Of a stretch of DNA of 64,000 nucleotides, positions 37,803-48,543 are shown piece by piece. The DNA is from Ignavibacteriales bacterium (GTDB lineage Bacteria; Bacteroidota; Ignavibacteria; UBA10030): the NCBI GenBank assembly GCA_016186715.1, contig JACPLA010000021.1, forward strand, positions 640-64,639, read 5' to 3'. The number at the start of each line of letters is the position of its first letter. Position 1 is the first letter of the stretch. The notes beneath the pieces were generated by a model. That model worked only from the letters and a program-made list of their open reading frames with translations. It made no database searches and was not told the DNA's origin. Both the position numbers and the translations under genes were made by a program.

Positions 37803-38769
37803 TTTTCAAAAACCTTTCCACGTATTCCAAACTCCCCTGGCGTTTTCGAATCTGCTCACTGACCTTTCCGAAACGGCGCTCCCGTTTCTGAAATTCCGCT
37901 ATTGCACTGTAAAGCTGCTTCCTGCGGAACGAAGGCCAGTATTCATCGGAAATAAACAATTCTGAATAGGCAAGCTGCCACAAGAGGAAATTGCTGATCC
38001 GAAGTTCTCCGCTGGTCCTGACCAACAGATCCGGGTCGGGAATATCTTTTGTGGACAGATAGCTCGCCAGGAGATCTTCCGTGACGGACGCCGGCTTCAC
38101 GATTCCCAAACGCACGTCTTCCGCCATCCGTCTTATCGCATTCGTGATGTCCCAGCGTCCGCTGTAACTGAGGGCAAGCACAAGAGTTAGACCCCTGTTG
38201 TCCTCCATAAGCTTAATTGCATCCAGAAGCTCGTCCTGCACATCCTGCGGGAGTTTGGCAATATCACCGATCGCCTTAAGCTGAACTTCGTTCTGGTGAA
38301 GACGGTCGCGCTCATCGCGGAGGGCTCTCAGAAGCAACCGCATCAGGAGAGAGACCTCATGTTTGGGCCGGTTCCAATTCTCCGTGGAAAACGCGTACAG
38401 AGTCAGATACTTGACGCCTAGCTGTCCGCACGCCTCCACAATATCACGAACGGAATTGACACCTTCGTGATGTCCGGCGATGCGCGGCATCCCCCGGCGT
38501 TTTGCCCACCGACCGTTTCCATCCATGATGATGGCAATGTGTTGCGGAATTTCCCCCGCTTGCAGCAATCGATCCTGCAGCTTCTTGTCCTGTCCCGTGG
38601 CTTTCTCGAGAGGCACTCCTTGACCATTCCCTTTGTGTGTAGAGGTGAAACCAAATTTAACCCTTTTTGGGTTGAAAGTCAAAGAAGAGAATGAAACGAA
38701 TGAAGCTTTTGTGTTTTCAGGAAAGGGGTTCCGCTCTGACGGCGGCCCGTTTCTTGACACCGCTTTCAA
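37786..38769 (-). CDS. uppS: Undecaprenyl diphosphate synthase (true start probably ~150 nt downstream of ORF start)
   Basis: HIAIIMDGNGRWA, YAFSTENW.RP, PDLL.RTSGE.RISNFLLWQ.AYSE. Confidence 0.95.
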   Translation of the reverse strand: MKAVSRNGPPSERNPFPENTKASFVSFSSLTFNPKRVKFGFTSTHKGNGQGVPLEKATGQDKKLQDRLLQAGEIPQHIAIIMDGNGRWAKRRGMPRIAGHHEGVNSVRDIVEACGQLGVKYLTLYAFSTENWNRPKHEVSLLMRLLLRALRDERDRLHQNEVQLKAIGDIAKLPQDVQDELLDAIKLMEDNRGLTLVLALSYSGRWDITNAIRRMAEDVRLGIVKPASVTEDLLASYLSTKDIPDPDLLVRTSGELRISNFLLWQLAYSELFISDEYWPSFRRKQLYSAIAEFQKRERRFGKVSEQIRKRQGSLEYVERFLKSVSKL

Positions 38770-38782
38770 ATTTGGTTATATT
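38754..38782 (+). promoter_or_regulatory. Sigma70 promoter for clpC
   Basis: TTGACA-17 nt-TATATT. Confidence 0.65.
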
Positions 38783-38855
38783 GAAAGAAACTTTTGGGGG
38801 TTGGCCGAAGTTGTAGGGGGAAATGAGCGTTGTATCATACCACCGTGAGAGGTTT

Positions 38856-41357
38856 ATGGAAGGTAACTTTTCGAATCGGGTTCAAGATGTCATCCGTCTT
38901 AGCCGGGAGGAGGCGCTCCGGCTGGGTCATGATTACATCGGAACCGAACACCTGCTTCTCGGGATCATCCGGGAGGGGGAAGGAATTGCGGTCAAGATTC
39001 TCCGAAACCTTGGAGTCGACCTGTACAAGCTGAAAAAAGCCATCGAAGACACGGTTCGGACTTCGGGAGGAACGCTGACCATCGGCAATATTCCGCTTAC
39101 CAAACAGGCGGAAAAAGTCCTCAAGATTACATATCTGGAAGCCAAACTCTATAAGTCGGACGTCATTGGGACCGAACATCTGCTTCTCTCGCTCCTTCGC
39201 GATGACGATAACATCGCGGCCCAGATCCTGCACCAGTTCAACGTACATTACGATGTGGTAAGGAACGAACTGGACAATATCATTTCCGGAAAGCCATCCA
39301 CCCCTCCGACCCAGCATGCACCTGAGAAAAAGCCCGAAAAATCGAAAACACCCGTGCTGGACAATTTTGGAAGGGACCTTACAAAGCTTGCTCTGGAAGA
39401 CAAGCTTGATCCGATTGTCGGCCGCGAAAAGGAAATTGAGCGAGTGGCCCAAGTCCTGAGCCGCCGCAAGAAGAATAACCCCGTGCTCATCGGCGAACCT
39501 GGTGTCGGGAAGTCCGCGATCGCCGAGGGGCTGGCTCTGCGGATTGTGCTGAAAAAGGTCTCAAGGGTCCTTCACGAAAAGCGGGTCGTTACCCTGGATC
39601 TCGCGGCGCTGGTCGCAGGCACGAAGTACCGGGGCCAGTTTGAAGAGCGAATGAAAGCCGTGATGAACGAGCTTGAGAAGGCAAAGGATGTTATTCTGTT
39701 CATCGACGAACTTCATACCATTGTCGGTGCGGGAGGCGCAAGCGGATCACTGGATGCGTCAAACATGTTCAAGCCCGCCCTTGCCCGTGGCGAGCTCCAG
39801 TGCATCGGCGCCACGACGTTGGACGAATACCGCCAATACATCGAAAAAGACGGCGCACTGGACCGTCGATTCCAGAAAATCATGGTCGACCCGACGACGG
39901 TCGAGGAAACCATCCAGATTCTCCAGAATATCAAATCAAAGTACGAAGAGCACCACGGCGTCCGTTTTACCGAAGAAGCCGTCGATGCGGCGGTTCGGCT
40001 CAGCGACCGGTATATCACGGATCGCTACCTCCCCGATAAGGCCATCGATGTCATGGATGAAGCAGGATCGAGGGTTCACCTTGCGAATATCGTCGTCCCA
40101 AAGGAAATCCTCCACCTCGAAGAAGAGATCGAAAAGATCAAACAGTCTAAAAATCAGGTGGTAAAGAATCAGAATTTTGAGGAAGCGGCCCGCCTGCGCG
40201 ACCTGGAAAAGAAACTGCTGAGCGACCTCGACATTGCCAAACGTGAGTGGGAGCTCAAGGCACAGGACACGATTTACGAGGTTGACGAAGAAGACTGCGC
40301 GGCCGTGGTTGCCATGATGACCGGCATCCCGGTGCAAAAAGTGGCTCAGAGCGAATCGGAAAAACTGCTGAAGATGCAGGATGCGTTGAAAACAAGCATT
40401 GTCGGACAGGATGAGGCGATTGAGAAACTGACCAAGGCGATCCGCCGTACCCGCGCCGGTCTCAAAGATCCAAAACGGCCCATCGGCTCCTTCATTTTCC
40501 TTGGTCCGACGGGCGTCGGAAAAACCGAGTTGGCCAAGTCGCTCGCCCGGTATCTCTTCGACTCGGAAGAGGCCTTGATCCGGATCGACATGAGCGAGTA
40601 CATGGAGAAATTCTCCGTTTCGCGTCTTGTTGGAGCTCCCCCGGGATATGTCGGATACGAAGAAGGCGGCCAGCTGACGGAGAAAGTACGCCGGAAACCG
40701 TATTCTGTGGTGCTTCTCGACGAGATCGAAAAGGCCCATCCGGATGTGTTCAATATTCTGCTCCAGGTACTTGATGACGGTATCCTGACGGACAGCCTCG
40801 GCCGGCGGGTCGATTTCAAGAATACGATTCTCATCATGACGTCCAACATTGGCTCACGTGATATCAAATACGGAGCCACGTTCGGATTCGGTCAGCAGAG
40901 CCAAAAGGACAAATACCAGACGATGAAGGGGAATATTGAAGACGCCCTCAAGCGGGTCTTCAATCCTGAATTCCTGAATCGGGTCGATGAAACCATCGTC
41001 TTCCACAATCTCGGGCGTGAAGACATCCTCACAATCATCGATATCGCTGCCAAGGATCTTATTGACCGCATGACCTCGATGGAAATCACGATCGAATTGA
41101 CAAAAGCGGCGAAAGAATTCCTGGCCGATAAGGGATTCGATCCCTCCTTTGGCGCCCGCCCGCTGCGTCGAGCCGTGCAGAAATATGTTGAGGATCCCCT
41201 TGCGGAAGAGATTCTGAAAGGGAATTTTTCAGCCGGCAGCAAAGTGAAGGTAAAGTTCAACAAGAAGGCGGAAGAGCTGAAGTTCATCGATTCCAGCAAA
41301 GACAAAGGCGGAGACGAGCTGAAGGAACAAGATGAAGAAGTCGTGGACGTGACGTAG
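38856..41357 (+). CDS. clpC: ATP-dependent Clp protease ATPase subunit ClpC
   Basis: Clp N repeats, [11 protein letters not shown] motif, [23 protein letters not shown]. Confidence 0.97.
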   Translation: MEGNFSNRVQDVIRLSREEALRLGHDYIGTEHLLLGIIREGEGIAVKILRNLGVDLYKLKKAIEDTVRTSGGTLTIGNIPLTKQAEKVLKITYLEAKLYKSDVIGTEHLLLSLLRDDDNIAAQILHQFNVHYDVVRNELDNIISGKPSTPPTQHAPEKKPEKSKTPVLDNFGRDLTKLALEDKLDPIVGREKEIERVAQVLSRRKKNNPVLIGEPGVGKSAIAEGLALRIVLKKVSRVLHEKRVVTLDLAALVAGTKYRGQFEERMKAVMNELEKAKDVILFIDELHTIVGAGGASGSLDASNMFKPALARGELQCIGATTLDEYRQYIEKDGALDRRFQKIMVDPTTVEETIQILQNIKSKYEEHHGVRFTEEAVDAAVRLSDRYITDRYLPDKAIDVMDEAGSRVHLANIVVPKEILHLEEEIEKIKQSKNQVVKNQNFEEAARLRDLEKKLLSDLDIAKREWELKAQDTIYEVDEEDCAAVVAMMTGIPVQKVAQSESEKLLKMQDALKTSIVGQDEAIEKLTKAIRRTRAGLKDPKRPIGSFIFLGPTGVGKTELAKSLARYLFDSEEALIRIDMSEYMEKFSVSRLVGAPPGYVGYEEGGQLTEKVRRKPYSVVLLDEIEKAHPDVFNILLQVLDDGILTDSLGRRVDFKNTILIMTSNIGSRDIKYGATFGFGQQSQKDKYQTMKGNIEDALKRVFNPEFLNRVDETIVFHNLGREDILTIIDIAAKDLIDRMTSMEITIELTKAAKEFLADKGFDPSFGARPLRRAVQKYVEDPLAEEILKGNFSAGSKVKVKFNKKAEELKFIDSSKDKGGDELKEQDEEVVDVT

Positions 41358-41385
41358 ACGCCGGTCTTGCATCCAAGAACCAAGC

Positions 41386-41410
41386 ACCCCCGGGAGACCG
41401 GGGGTTTTTT
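41386..41410 (+). terminator. clpC intrinsic terminator
   Basis: ACCCCCGG-GAGA-CCGGGGGT then T run. Confidence 0.85.
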
Positions 41411-41434
41411 GTTTTTCCCAAGCACCTGCCATCC

Positions 41435-41538
41435 ACTTCATCATTCTACATTCAGCGTTCTGCATTCGATATTGTTTTTTGTTTGTGAAACAAGCAATAT
41501 CGAATATCGAATGCTGAATATTGAATGTAGAAGGGAGG
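41435..41538. repeat. Heptamer-unit hairpin, upstream copy
   Basis: CATTCTA CATTCAG CGTTCTG CATTCGA TATTG...CAATATC GAATATC GAATGCT GAATATT GAATGTA. Confidence 0.9.
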
Positions 41539-41574
41539 GAAAATCTACCTCTCTTGACATTCTATGGGGGAATC

Positions 41575-41931
41575 ATGAAGTACGATCTCGAGGAACGGCT
41601 CACGAATTTCGCGGTAAGGATTATCGATATTGTCGAATCGCTCCCGCGGACAAGAACCGGTAACTATCTGGCCGGACAACTGATTCGATCCGGCACCTCC
41701 CCTGCACTGAACTACGGGGAAGCCCAAGGTGCGGAATCTCGGCAGGATTTTATCCACAAAATGAAGATCATCGTCAAAGAATTGCGGGAAACCCGGATCA
41801 ATCTGACCATTATCCATCGGAAGAAACTCTCCCGCAGCCAAAACGCTTTCCCAGAGATCGCCGACGAATGTCGGCAGCTGATTTCAATCTTCGTCAAGAG
41901 TATCAAGACGGCGGAGTCAAGAAAAAGATAA
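41575..41931 (+). CDS. Four-helix-bundle protein (TIGR02436 / 23S rRNA IVP family, Avd-like fold)
   Basis: KYDLEER...FA, QLIRSGTS.A.NY.EA..AES..DF.HK..I..KE.RET. Confidence 0.92.
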   Translation: MKYDLEERLTNFAVRIIDIVESLPRTRTGNYLAGQLIRSGTSPALNYGEAQGAESRQDFIHKMKIIVKELRETRINLTIIHRKKLSRSQNAFPEIADECRQLISIFVKSIKTAESRKR

Positions 41932-41973
41932 TAGGAGCGAGGACCCAGGCCGAAAAGTTGGGCACCGGCTATA

Positions 41974-42068
41974 ACTTCAACATTCTACATTCAGCGTTCT
42001 GCATTCGATATTGTTTTTGTTGTGAAAGAAGCAATATCGAATGTTGAATGGAGAACGTAGATGGGAGG
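41974..42068. repeat. Heptamer-unit hairpin, downstream direct-repeat copy
   Basis: 41981-42018 identical to 41442-41479 (38 nt); right arm CAATATC GAATGTT GAATGGA GAACGTA. Confidence 0.9.
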
Positions 42069-42070
42069 CG

Positions 42071-42102
42071 AAAAAAAAATCCCCCAGCTGCAGCCGGGGG
42101 AT
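42071..42102 (-). terminator. Terminator of the cold-shock gene
   Basis: ATCCCCCGGC-TGCA-GCTGGGGGAT then T run on the minus strand. Confidence 0.8.
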
Positions 42103-42126
42103 CGTTTTTGCTTCAGAGACTTTTCG

Positions 42127-42327
42127 TCAGACTTTCACGACTTTGGCCGCCTGAAGTCCTTTGGGTCCCTGCTGCACCTCGAATTCGACGGTGTCGCCTT
42201 CTTCGAGGGTCTTGTAGCCTTCACCCACGATGGCTTTGAAGTGGACGAACACATCTTCGCCGCTTGCCCGTTTGATGAAGCCGTACCCTTTCGCAGCGTT
42301 GAACCACTTGACGCTTCCGCGTTCCAT
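42127..42327 (-). CDS. Cold-shock protein (CspA family)
   Basis: G.VKWFN..KGYGFI, DVFVHF.AI, G.KG.QA..V. Confidence 0.95.
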   Translation of the reverse strand: MERGSVKWFNAAKGYGFIKRASGEDVFVHFKAIVGEGYKTLEEGDTVEFEVQQGPKGLQAAKVVKV

Positions 42328-42551
42328 ACGGAACACTCCTTGAAGAGGTTTTACATGATGTACAGCCTGCTGGCCATGAACAGATGCTGTCAAAACCCTT
42401 CCAAGGACTGCAACCATCCCCGCACGGAGCGCATCGGACAAAGGACAACAACAGTGTACAGTGAACTACAGGCGCCAATCTACTGTTTTCCTGTTTGAAA
42501 AACAAGAGCCATCCGGCTTGGAAGGTAAGACGCTGTGCTTCACCTCCCCTC

Positions 42552-44741
42552 TTAAAGGTTTTCCTCCAAGAATTTCGTAATCATTTCGAACAAATGCGTC
42601 CTGGTTTCCCTTCCCCTAATGCCATGATTCTTATTCACATAGAACATGGTCTCGAATTGTTTCGCTTCCGACTGCAGGGCGTTGACAAACGCAGTCGTAT
42701 TCTGCCAATGCACATTGTCATCCGTGGTCCCATGCACGATGAGCAGGCGTCCTTTGAGCTTCTCTGCATGTGTGAGAGGCGCGCTCTCGTGATACCCTTC
42801 CTCGTTGTCCTGCGGTCTCTGCATGTATCGCTCAGTGTAAATCGTATCATAGTATTTCCAATGCGTCACCGGAGCGACCGCAACGCCCGCCTTGAAATAA
42901 TCGGCCCCCAGCAGCATCGTCAGCGACGTCATATATCCGCCGTAGCTCCAACCCCAGATTCCAATGCGGGTCTTGTCAACATACGATTGAGCGCCCAGAT
43001 ACTTTGCCGCTTCGATCTGATCATGCGCCTCCCACTTCCCGAGGTTTCGGTAGGTGACGCTTTTAAACGCCTTCCCGCGCATGCCTGTCCCACGGTTGTC
43101 CACACTTGCCACAAGGTATCCTTTCTGAGCCATGAGGTGGTGCCAAAGAGCGCGCAGCCCTCCCCATGCATTCTGCACCGTCTGTGAACCCGGGCCGCCA
43201 TAGACGTACATCAGGACCGGATACTTCCTGGAGGGATCAAAGCCCGGGGGCTTGATCATCCATCCATGGAGTTCAATCCCATCCGCGGTCTTGAAAGAAA
43301 AGAACTCGTGCTTCCCCATTCGATACTCCCTCAGGGATTCCAGCTTGTTTTCTTGAATCAGTCGAATGAGCCTCCCATCGGAGTAATAAATTCCCGATTG
43401 GAACGGCGTCTGAACGTTGGAATATGTTCCCAAATAGTACTTTCCGTTCGGGGCCATCGATACGTTCCAGCTGAAGTTCTCCCGGGACAGGCGCTGAAAT
43501 CCGGAGCCATCCGTTCGAACGGCATAGAGGTGTTTTTCCAACACTGACTTCTCCGCGGCCGTGAAATAGAGAATGCCTCGTTCCTCGTCAAGATGGACGA
43601 CATTGGCAACATCCCACCGCCCTTTTGTCAGCTGCCGCACCTCCTTTCCCTCCATATCAAACAGATACACATGTTTGTATCCGTCTTTTTCAGAAGACCA
43701 GATGAACTGACGGCCGTTTTTGAGAAATCTGACATCATTGTCTACCGAGATCCATGTCTTCTCCTGCTCCGTGAAAAACACTTCGGTCTTACCGGTCCGC
43801 ACGTCTCCCTTCATCAACTCAAGTCTGTTCTGCAGTCGGTTCAAACGGACCAGGATGAGCGTAGCCGGTTGAGACCCCCAGTAGATGCGCGGCACATAGA
43901 TATCGTCGTCCGTCCCCAGGTCCATCCAAACTGTTTTCTTGTCCGCAAGATCGACAACGCCGATTTGGACGACCGAGTTTTCATCCCCTGATTTCGGATA
44001 TTTCATCGGTAACACGTCTGCCCGAAGGCTGGCAAAATCCATCATATGGAAGTCCGGGACCCGGTGCTCATCAAGTTTCCAAAAGGCGATCCGAGACCCG
44101 TCGGGCGACCACTGCCAGCCATCCGAAATTCCGAACTCTTCTTCATACACCCAGTCAAACTTTCCGTTGATGATGTGATCCGAACCGTCGGCTGTCAACT
44201 GAGATTCCACACCCTTTTCAAGATCCCACACATAGATGTCATGTTCACGAACGTAACCGATCTTCTTTCCGTCTTGCGAGAATTTCGGGTTGTACTGAGG
44301 GACCTCAACGTCGGTGATCCGCCGAAGCGTCTTTTTCTTCACATCATAGAGGAAGAGGTTCCCGGCGGGGGTCAGTCGTGAGTAATACTGGCGTTCGGGA
44401 GGGTTCCCGGAAAAGAGGATCTGCCGTTGGTCAGGGGACCACCCGTATGCCGTGAATCGAAAAGAGTCGTTACCTTCCCGAAGATTTTTTGTATCGACGA
44501 CAACCTCCGATTTCCCGCTTGAAACGGTGACAACGAAAATCTTGACCGATGACGTCGTAGAATCGTATTCTTGATACGAGTATTTGCCTCCCTCATCAAT
44601 CCACTGGAATCCGGAGACACTGCGCGTTTCAAATTCGTCCGAACCGCTGACTTGCCGGTTCGTAAAGACTTTGTTCTGCGCGAAGCCCCCGACAATGAAT
44701 CCAACGCTGATACAGAAGAGAATCAAGACATATCTCATCAC
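42552..44741 (-). CDS. Dipeptidyl peptidase IV (S9B)
   Basis: DWVYEEE, YGGPGSQ, GWSYGGY, HGT.DDNVH, ..H catalytic triad. Confidence 0.95.
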   Translation of the reverse strand: MMRYVLILFCISVGFIVGGFAQNKVFTNRQVSGSDEFETRSVSGFQWIDEGGKYSYQEYDSTTSSVKIFVVTVSSGKSEVVVDTKNLREGNDSFRFTAYGWSPDQRQILFSGNPPERQYYSRLTPAGNLFLYDVKKKTLRRITDVEVPQYNPKFSQDGKKIGYVREHDIYVWDLEKGVESQLTADGSDHIINGKFDWVYEEEFGISDGWQWSPDGSRIAFWKLDEHRVPDFHMMDFASLRADVLPMKYPKSGDENSVVQIGVVDLADKKTVWMDLGTDDDIYVPRIYWGSQPATLILVRLNRLQNRLELMKGDVRTGKTEVFFTEQEKTWISVDNDVRFLKNGRQFIWSSEKDGYKHVYLFDMEGKEVRQLTKGRWDVANVVHLDEERGILYFTAAEKSVLEKHLYAVRTDGSGFQRLSRENFSWNVSMAPNGKYYLGTYSNVQTPFQSGIYYSDGRLIRLIQENKLESLREYRMGKHEFFSFKTADGIELHGWMIKPPGFDPSRKYPVLMYVYGGPGSQTVQNAWGGLRALWHHLMAQKGYLVASVDNRGTGMRGKAFKSVTYRNLGKWEAHDQIEAAKYLGAQSYVDKTRIGIWGWSYGGYMTSLTMLLGADYFKAGVAVAPVTHWKYYDTIYTERYMQRPQDNEEGYHESAPLTHAEKLKGRLLIVHGTTDDNVHWQNTTAFVNALQSEAKQFETMFYVNKNHGIRGRETRTHLFEMITKFLEENL

Positions 44742-44794
44742 AATCTCCTTGATTGGTGGTCTCGGGCGAAACGAAAATAGGTAAAAAAGGCCGG

Positions 44795-44880
44795 AAAAAG
44801 AAACCCCGACGCAGCTTGGAATGCGCCGGGGTCAGGGAGGCTGTCATGAATCCGCCAACCTCTTGCCAGATCAGCGGACC
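44795..44880 (-). ncRNA. Candidate small structured RNA/attenuator (hairpin plus terminator)
   Basis: 13-bp GU-rich stem with GGCAAG loop, linker, then GACCCCGGCGCA/TGCGTCGGGGTT stem with U tract. Confidence 0.35.
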
Positions 44881-45184
44881 CATGTTTTCATAACAAAAAG
44901 CAGCCGGCGTTTGTTCCGCTCAGAGCCTTTCTTTTTCTTTTCCTTCCTTTCGCACGCTGACGGCGAATCGCAATATGCAGAAAAGACGCCATGGAAAAAC
45001 CGAGTTCAGTCCGGGTGAGATGCCGAAGGACCAAACATCAAGCGCCACATGCCAAACAATGCCGACACCCAATTGCTCATTGACTCATTGAACCTTGCGA
45101 TTTTGGTGGAAGATGTGTTCAAAAAATTCTTATCTTTCTCCCTTCAATTTACGATCCAAGTTCCTCGCCCCCAGGAGCGTTTCT

Positions 45185-46474
45185 ATGCCCGACACCCTCA
45201 CCATCGTTGATAACCGAACGGGAAAGAAATACGAAGTCCCTATAGAGCAGAGCACCGTCAAGGCCGTCGATCTCCGGCAGATCAAAGTCAACGCGGATGA
45301 TTTTGGACTGATGTCGTATGACCCCGCGTTCATGAACACCGCCTCCGTGAAAAGCCGAATCACGTTCATCGACGGGGACAAAGGGATCCTGAGATATCGG
45401 GGTTATCCCATCGAACAGCTTGCAGAGTACTCCACGTCGTTCATGGAAGTGGCTTACTTGATTCTGAAAGGCGACCTGCCGACCCACGCGCAGCGCGAGG
45501 AATGGCGCAAAACGATCCGGCACCACACCTTCGTCCACGAGAATATCAAGAAACTGATGGAAGGATTCCGGTACGACGCTCATCCCATGGGAATGTTCAT
45601 CAGCACCATCGCTGCATTTTCAACATTCTACCCCGAAGCCAAGAATATCTTTGATAAGGACATCCGGCAACGGCAGATCAACCGGCTGATTGCCAAGGTC
45701 CCGACGATCGCCGCTTTTTCGTACCGGCACACAAAGGGAATGCCGTACGTCTACCCCGACAATGCCCTGACCTACGCCGGGAATTTTCTGAATATGATGT
45801 TCCAGGTGGGAGGACAGAAATACGATCCCCACCCGTCGCTCGAACACGCCCTGACCGTGCTGTTTATCCTTCATGCCGACCATGAGCAGAACTGCAGCGC
45901 GAATGCGATGAGAGGCGTTGGAAGCTCGCACGTCGATCCCTACTCTGCCTGCGCGGCGGCCGCAGCCGCCTTGTGGGGCCCTTTGCATGGGGGAGCAAAC
46001 GAGGCGGTCTTGGAAATGCTCGATGAAATCGGTTCCATCAAAAACATCCCGCCCTTTATCAAGGAGGTAAAAGATGGAAAGGGCCGTCTGATGGGCTTCG
46101 GCCACCGAGTCTATAAGAACTATGACCCACGCGCCAAAGTCATCAAGAAAATGGCCTACGAGGTGTTTGAAGTCACCGGCAAGAATCCAAAACTCGACAT
46201 TGCCCTTGAGCTGGAACGGATCGCGCTCGAAGACGAGTATTTCGTGAAACGAAAACTCTATCCGAATGTGGATTTCTATTCTGGGCTGATCTATCAGGCC
46301 ATGGGCTTCCCAATGGATTTCTTCCCGGTGCTCTTTGCCATCCCTCGCACCGTCGGATGGCTCGCCCAGTGGGAGGAACATATCCTTGATTCGGAACAGA
46401 AAATCGCGCGCCCCAGACAAATCTACCTTGGAGAGCAGGAGCGTCCCTGGGTTCCAATTGACAAACGGAAGTAA
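45185..46474 (+). CDS. gltA: Citrate synthase (type II)
   Basis: YDP.F.NTAS, LHADHEQNCS, GPLHGGANE, MGFGHRVYK.YDPR, YPNVDFYSG. Confidence 0.97.
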   Translation: MPDTLTIVDNRTGKKYEVPIEQSTVKAVDLRQIKVNADDFGLMSYDPAFMNTASVKSRITFIDGDKGILRYRGYPIEQLAEYSTSFMEVAYLILKGDLPTHAQREEWRKTIRHHTFVHENIKKLMEGFRYDAHPMGMFISTIAAFSTFYPEAKNIFDKDIRQRQINRLIAKVPTIAAFSYRHTKGMPYVYPDNALTYAGNFLNMMFQVGGQKYDPHPSLEHALTVLFILHADHEQNCSANAMRGVGSSHVDPYSACAAAAAALWGPLHGGANEAVLEMLDEIGSIKNIPPFIKEVKDGKGRLMGFGHRVYKNYDPRAKVIKKMAYEVFEVTGKNPKLDIALELERIALEDEYFVKRKLYPNVDFYSGLIYQAMGFPMDFFPVLFAIPRTVGWLAQWEEHILDSEQKIARPRQIYLGEQERPWVPIDKRK

Positions 46475-46588
46475 GCCGGTCTCTTAACCTTCATTCTATT
46501 TCCTTGGGGAGGCACTTTTTTTTCTTCTTAGTTCCTTATCTTTAAAACGGGGAAAGGTTCTGCGGGGGATTCAACTCCTGGTTTCTTT

Positions 46589-47743
46589 ATGGAACGACGA
46601 AAGCTGCTGATCCTCTCTGCGACAGGCGGCGCCGGACACACGCGCGCAGCAGAGGCTCTTGAGGAGACGGCCCAATCATTGGACCTACCCATACAAGCCA
46701 ATCACTACGATTGCCTCGATTTCACCACGAAGGGCTTCAAGCGCCTGTACTCTGAGTCGTACCTTGCAATGGTCAACAAGGCACCGGAGCTTTGGGGCTA
46801 TCTCTATTCAAGATCGGAGATGAAGCCTTACGAGAAAAAAGGCCTCCTCAAACTGTTTGACGCCCTGAACTACAAGAATTACCTGAAATTTCTCCTGGAC
46901 GAGAAGCCCGATGCCTTGATCTGCACGCATTTCCTTCCTTACATTTCAATTTCGGGAGCATTACGAAAAGCTGGAATAACGGCTTCCGTCTTTGCCGCGA
47001 CCACTGACTTTGATGTCCACCAGTACTGGATCGACTCGGTTGTCAAACGATACTATGTGCATACAGAAGAATCTGCCTGGCAGCTGCGATCCAAGGGCGT
47101 TACGGCCGACAGGATTGATGTGAAGGGAATTCCCATAAAAAAGGAATTCGCCTCACGGGAAGAAAGATCCGCCGTTCGGCGACGCCTCAGCCTTTACCCG
47201 GACCGCCTCACCATTCTCATGGTGTGGGGAGGGTTCGGGGTGGGAAAAGCCGAGGAAATGGCGAAAGAGGTGATCGGTATGCTTGAAATCTTTCCGGAGC
47301 AGCGGTTCACGTTGCTGATAGTCTGCGGAAGGAATGAAAAACTCCGTCGACGTCTTTCCGAACAATCACCGCTGCCCCATGTCGACACTCATCTGTTTGG
47401 CTATGTCGAAAACGTCCACGAACTCATGAGCGCTTCCGATGTTCTCATCTCAAAGGCCGGCGGGCTCACCTCGGCAGAGTCGATGGCGCTCGGAATCCCC
47501 ATGATCATCGTTGACCCTATTCCAGGGCAAGAAACCCGAAACGCCGAAATGATTGTTGAGTGTCGCGCCGGATGGAAGGCCATGAATATTGCCAACCTGG
47601 GTTACAAGGTCAAGAGAATCGTTGAAAAGCCGGAATTGCTCGAGGAAGCGCGGGCGGCAACGTCCTTCCTGGCCCGGCCAACGGCTGCCCGGGATATTCT
47701 CAGCGACGTCTATGACACAGTGATCAAAGGAGACGCCAGATGA
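46589..47743 (+). CDS. MGDG synthase/UgtP-like glycosyltransferase (GT28)
   Basis: G.GH.RAAEA, CTHF, TD..VH..W, GIP, K.GGLT..E, PGQE.RNA. Confidence 0.88.
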   Translation: MERRKLLILSATGGAGHTRAAEALEETAQSLDLPIQANHYDCLDFTTKGFKRLYSESYLAMVNKAPELWGYLYSRSEMKPYEKKGLLKLFDALNYKNYLKFLLDEKPDALICTHFLPYISISGALRKAGITASVFAATTDFDVHQYWIDSVVKRYYVHTEESAWQLRSKGVTADRIDVKGIPIKKEFASREERSAVRRRLSLYPDRLTILMVWGGFGVGKAEEMAKEVIGMLEIFPEQRFTLLIVCGRNEKLRRRLSEQSPLPHVDTHLFGYVENVHELMSASDVLISKAGGLTSAESMALGIPMIIVDPIPGQETRNAEMIVECRAGWKAMNIANLGYKVKRIVEKPELLEEARAATSFLARPTAARDILSDVYDTVIKGDAR

Positions 47744-48543
47744 AAATCAAGCTGAATGGTCTCACGATGAACTATCAGGAACGCGGACTCCCCCAGGGGC
47801 TTCCCGTAATCTTCATCCACGGATTTCCTTTCGATCACACGATGTGGGAGTCTCAAATGATGGCACTCCCGCAGGAATACCGGGCGATTTCCTATGACGT
47901 GCGGGGGCACGGCCAAAGCGATGTGGCGGATGGTCAGTACTCGATCGAATTCTTTGTGGATGACCTCGTGGACCTGATGGACCATCTCGGGCTTAAAAAA
48001 GCTGTTCTCTGCGGATTGTCCATGGGTGGCTACATCGCTCTGCGCGCAACCGAGCGACATCCCAATCGGGTAAAGGCTTTGATCCTTTGTGACACGCGCA
48101 GTGAAGCCGACGCGAACGAGGCAAAGGTCAAGCGAGCCAACCAGATAAAAGCGGTCAAGACTGGCGGCGTCAAGCCGTTTGCGGAAGGATTCATCAAGGC
48201 CGTGTTTGCGCCGCAGACAATCAAGGAGAACCCTGTCGTTGTCGAATCGATTCGGACCGTCATCGAATCAACATCGCCGCTTGCGATTTGCGGTACCCTG
48301 CTCGCTCTTGCCGCCCGCACAGATACCACCGATTCCCTTCCCGCCATCAACGCGCCGACCATGATTCTCGTGGGAGAACACGATGCGCTGACTCCTCCGT
48401 CGGCCTCACGTTCTATGCACGAACGAATCCGCAGTTCCTCGCTTCATGTCGTCCCCCACGCCACACATTTGAGCAACCTGGAAAACCGGGCCTTTTTTAA
48501 CGAAAAGCTCCTTGCCTTTTTAAAATCCGTTCCGAAGCCATGA
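47740..48543 (+). CDS. Alpha/beta hydrolase (enol-lactonase-like)
   Basis: HGFP, D.RGHG.S, GLSMGG, GE.D, H..N.E. Confidence 0.9.
   Translation: MKIKLNGLTMNYQERGLPQGLPVIFIHGFPFDHTMWESQMMALPQEYRAISYDVRGHGQSDVADGQYSIEFFVDDLVDLMDHLGLKKAVLCGLSMGGYIALRATERHPNRVKALILCDTRSEADANEAKVKRANQIKAVKTGGVKPFAEGFIKAVFAPQTIKENPVVVESIRTVIESTSPLAICGTLLALAARTDTTDSLPAINAPTMILVGEHDALTPPSASRSMHERIRSSSLHVVPHATHLSNLENRAFFNEKLLAFLKSVPKP

Noticed and set aside
41435..42068. Diversity-generating retroelement suggested by the Avd-like gene
   Set aside because: No reverse transcriptase and no TR/VR pair with adenine-specific mismatches seen in the window
41435..42068. Classical integron attC cassette or 23S rRNA intervening sequence
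   Set aside because: No clear RYYYAAC/GTTRRRY boxes, no IntI and no rRNA context
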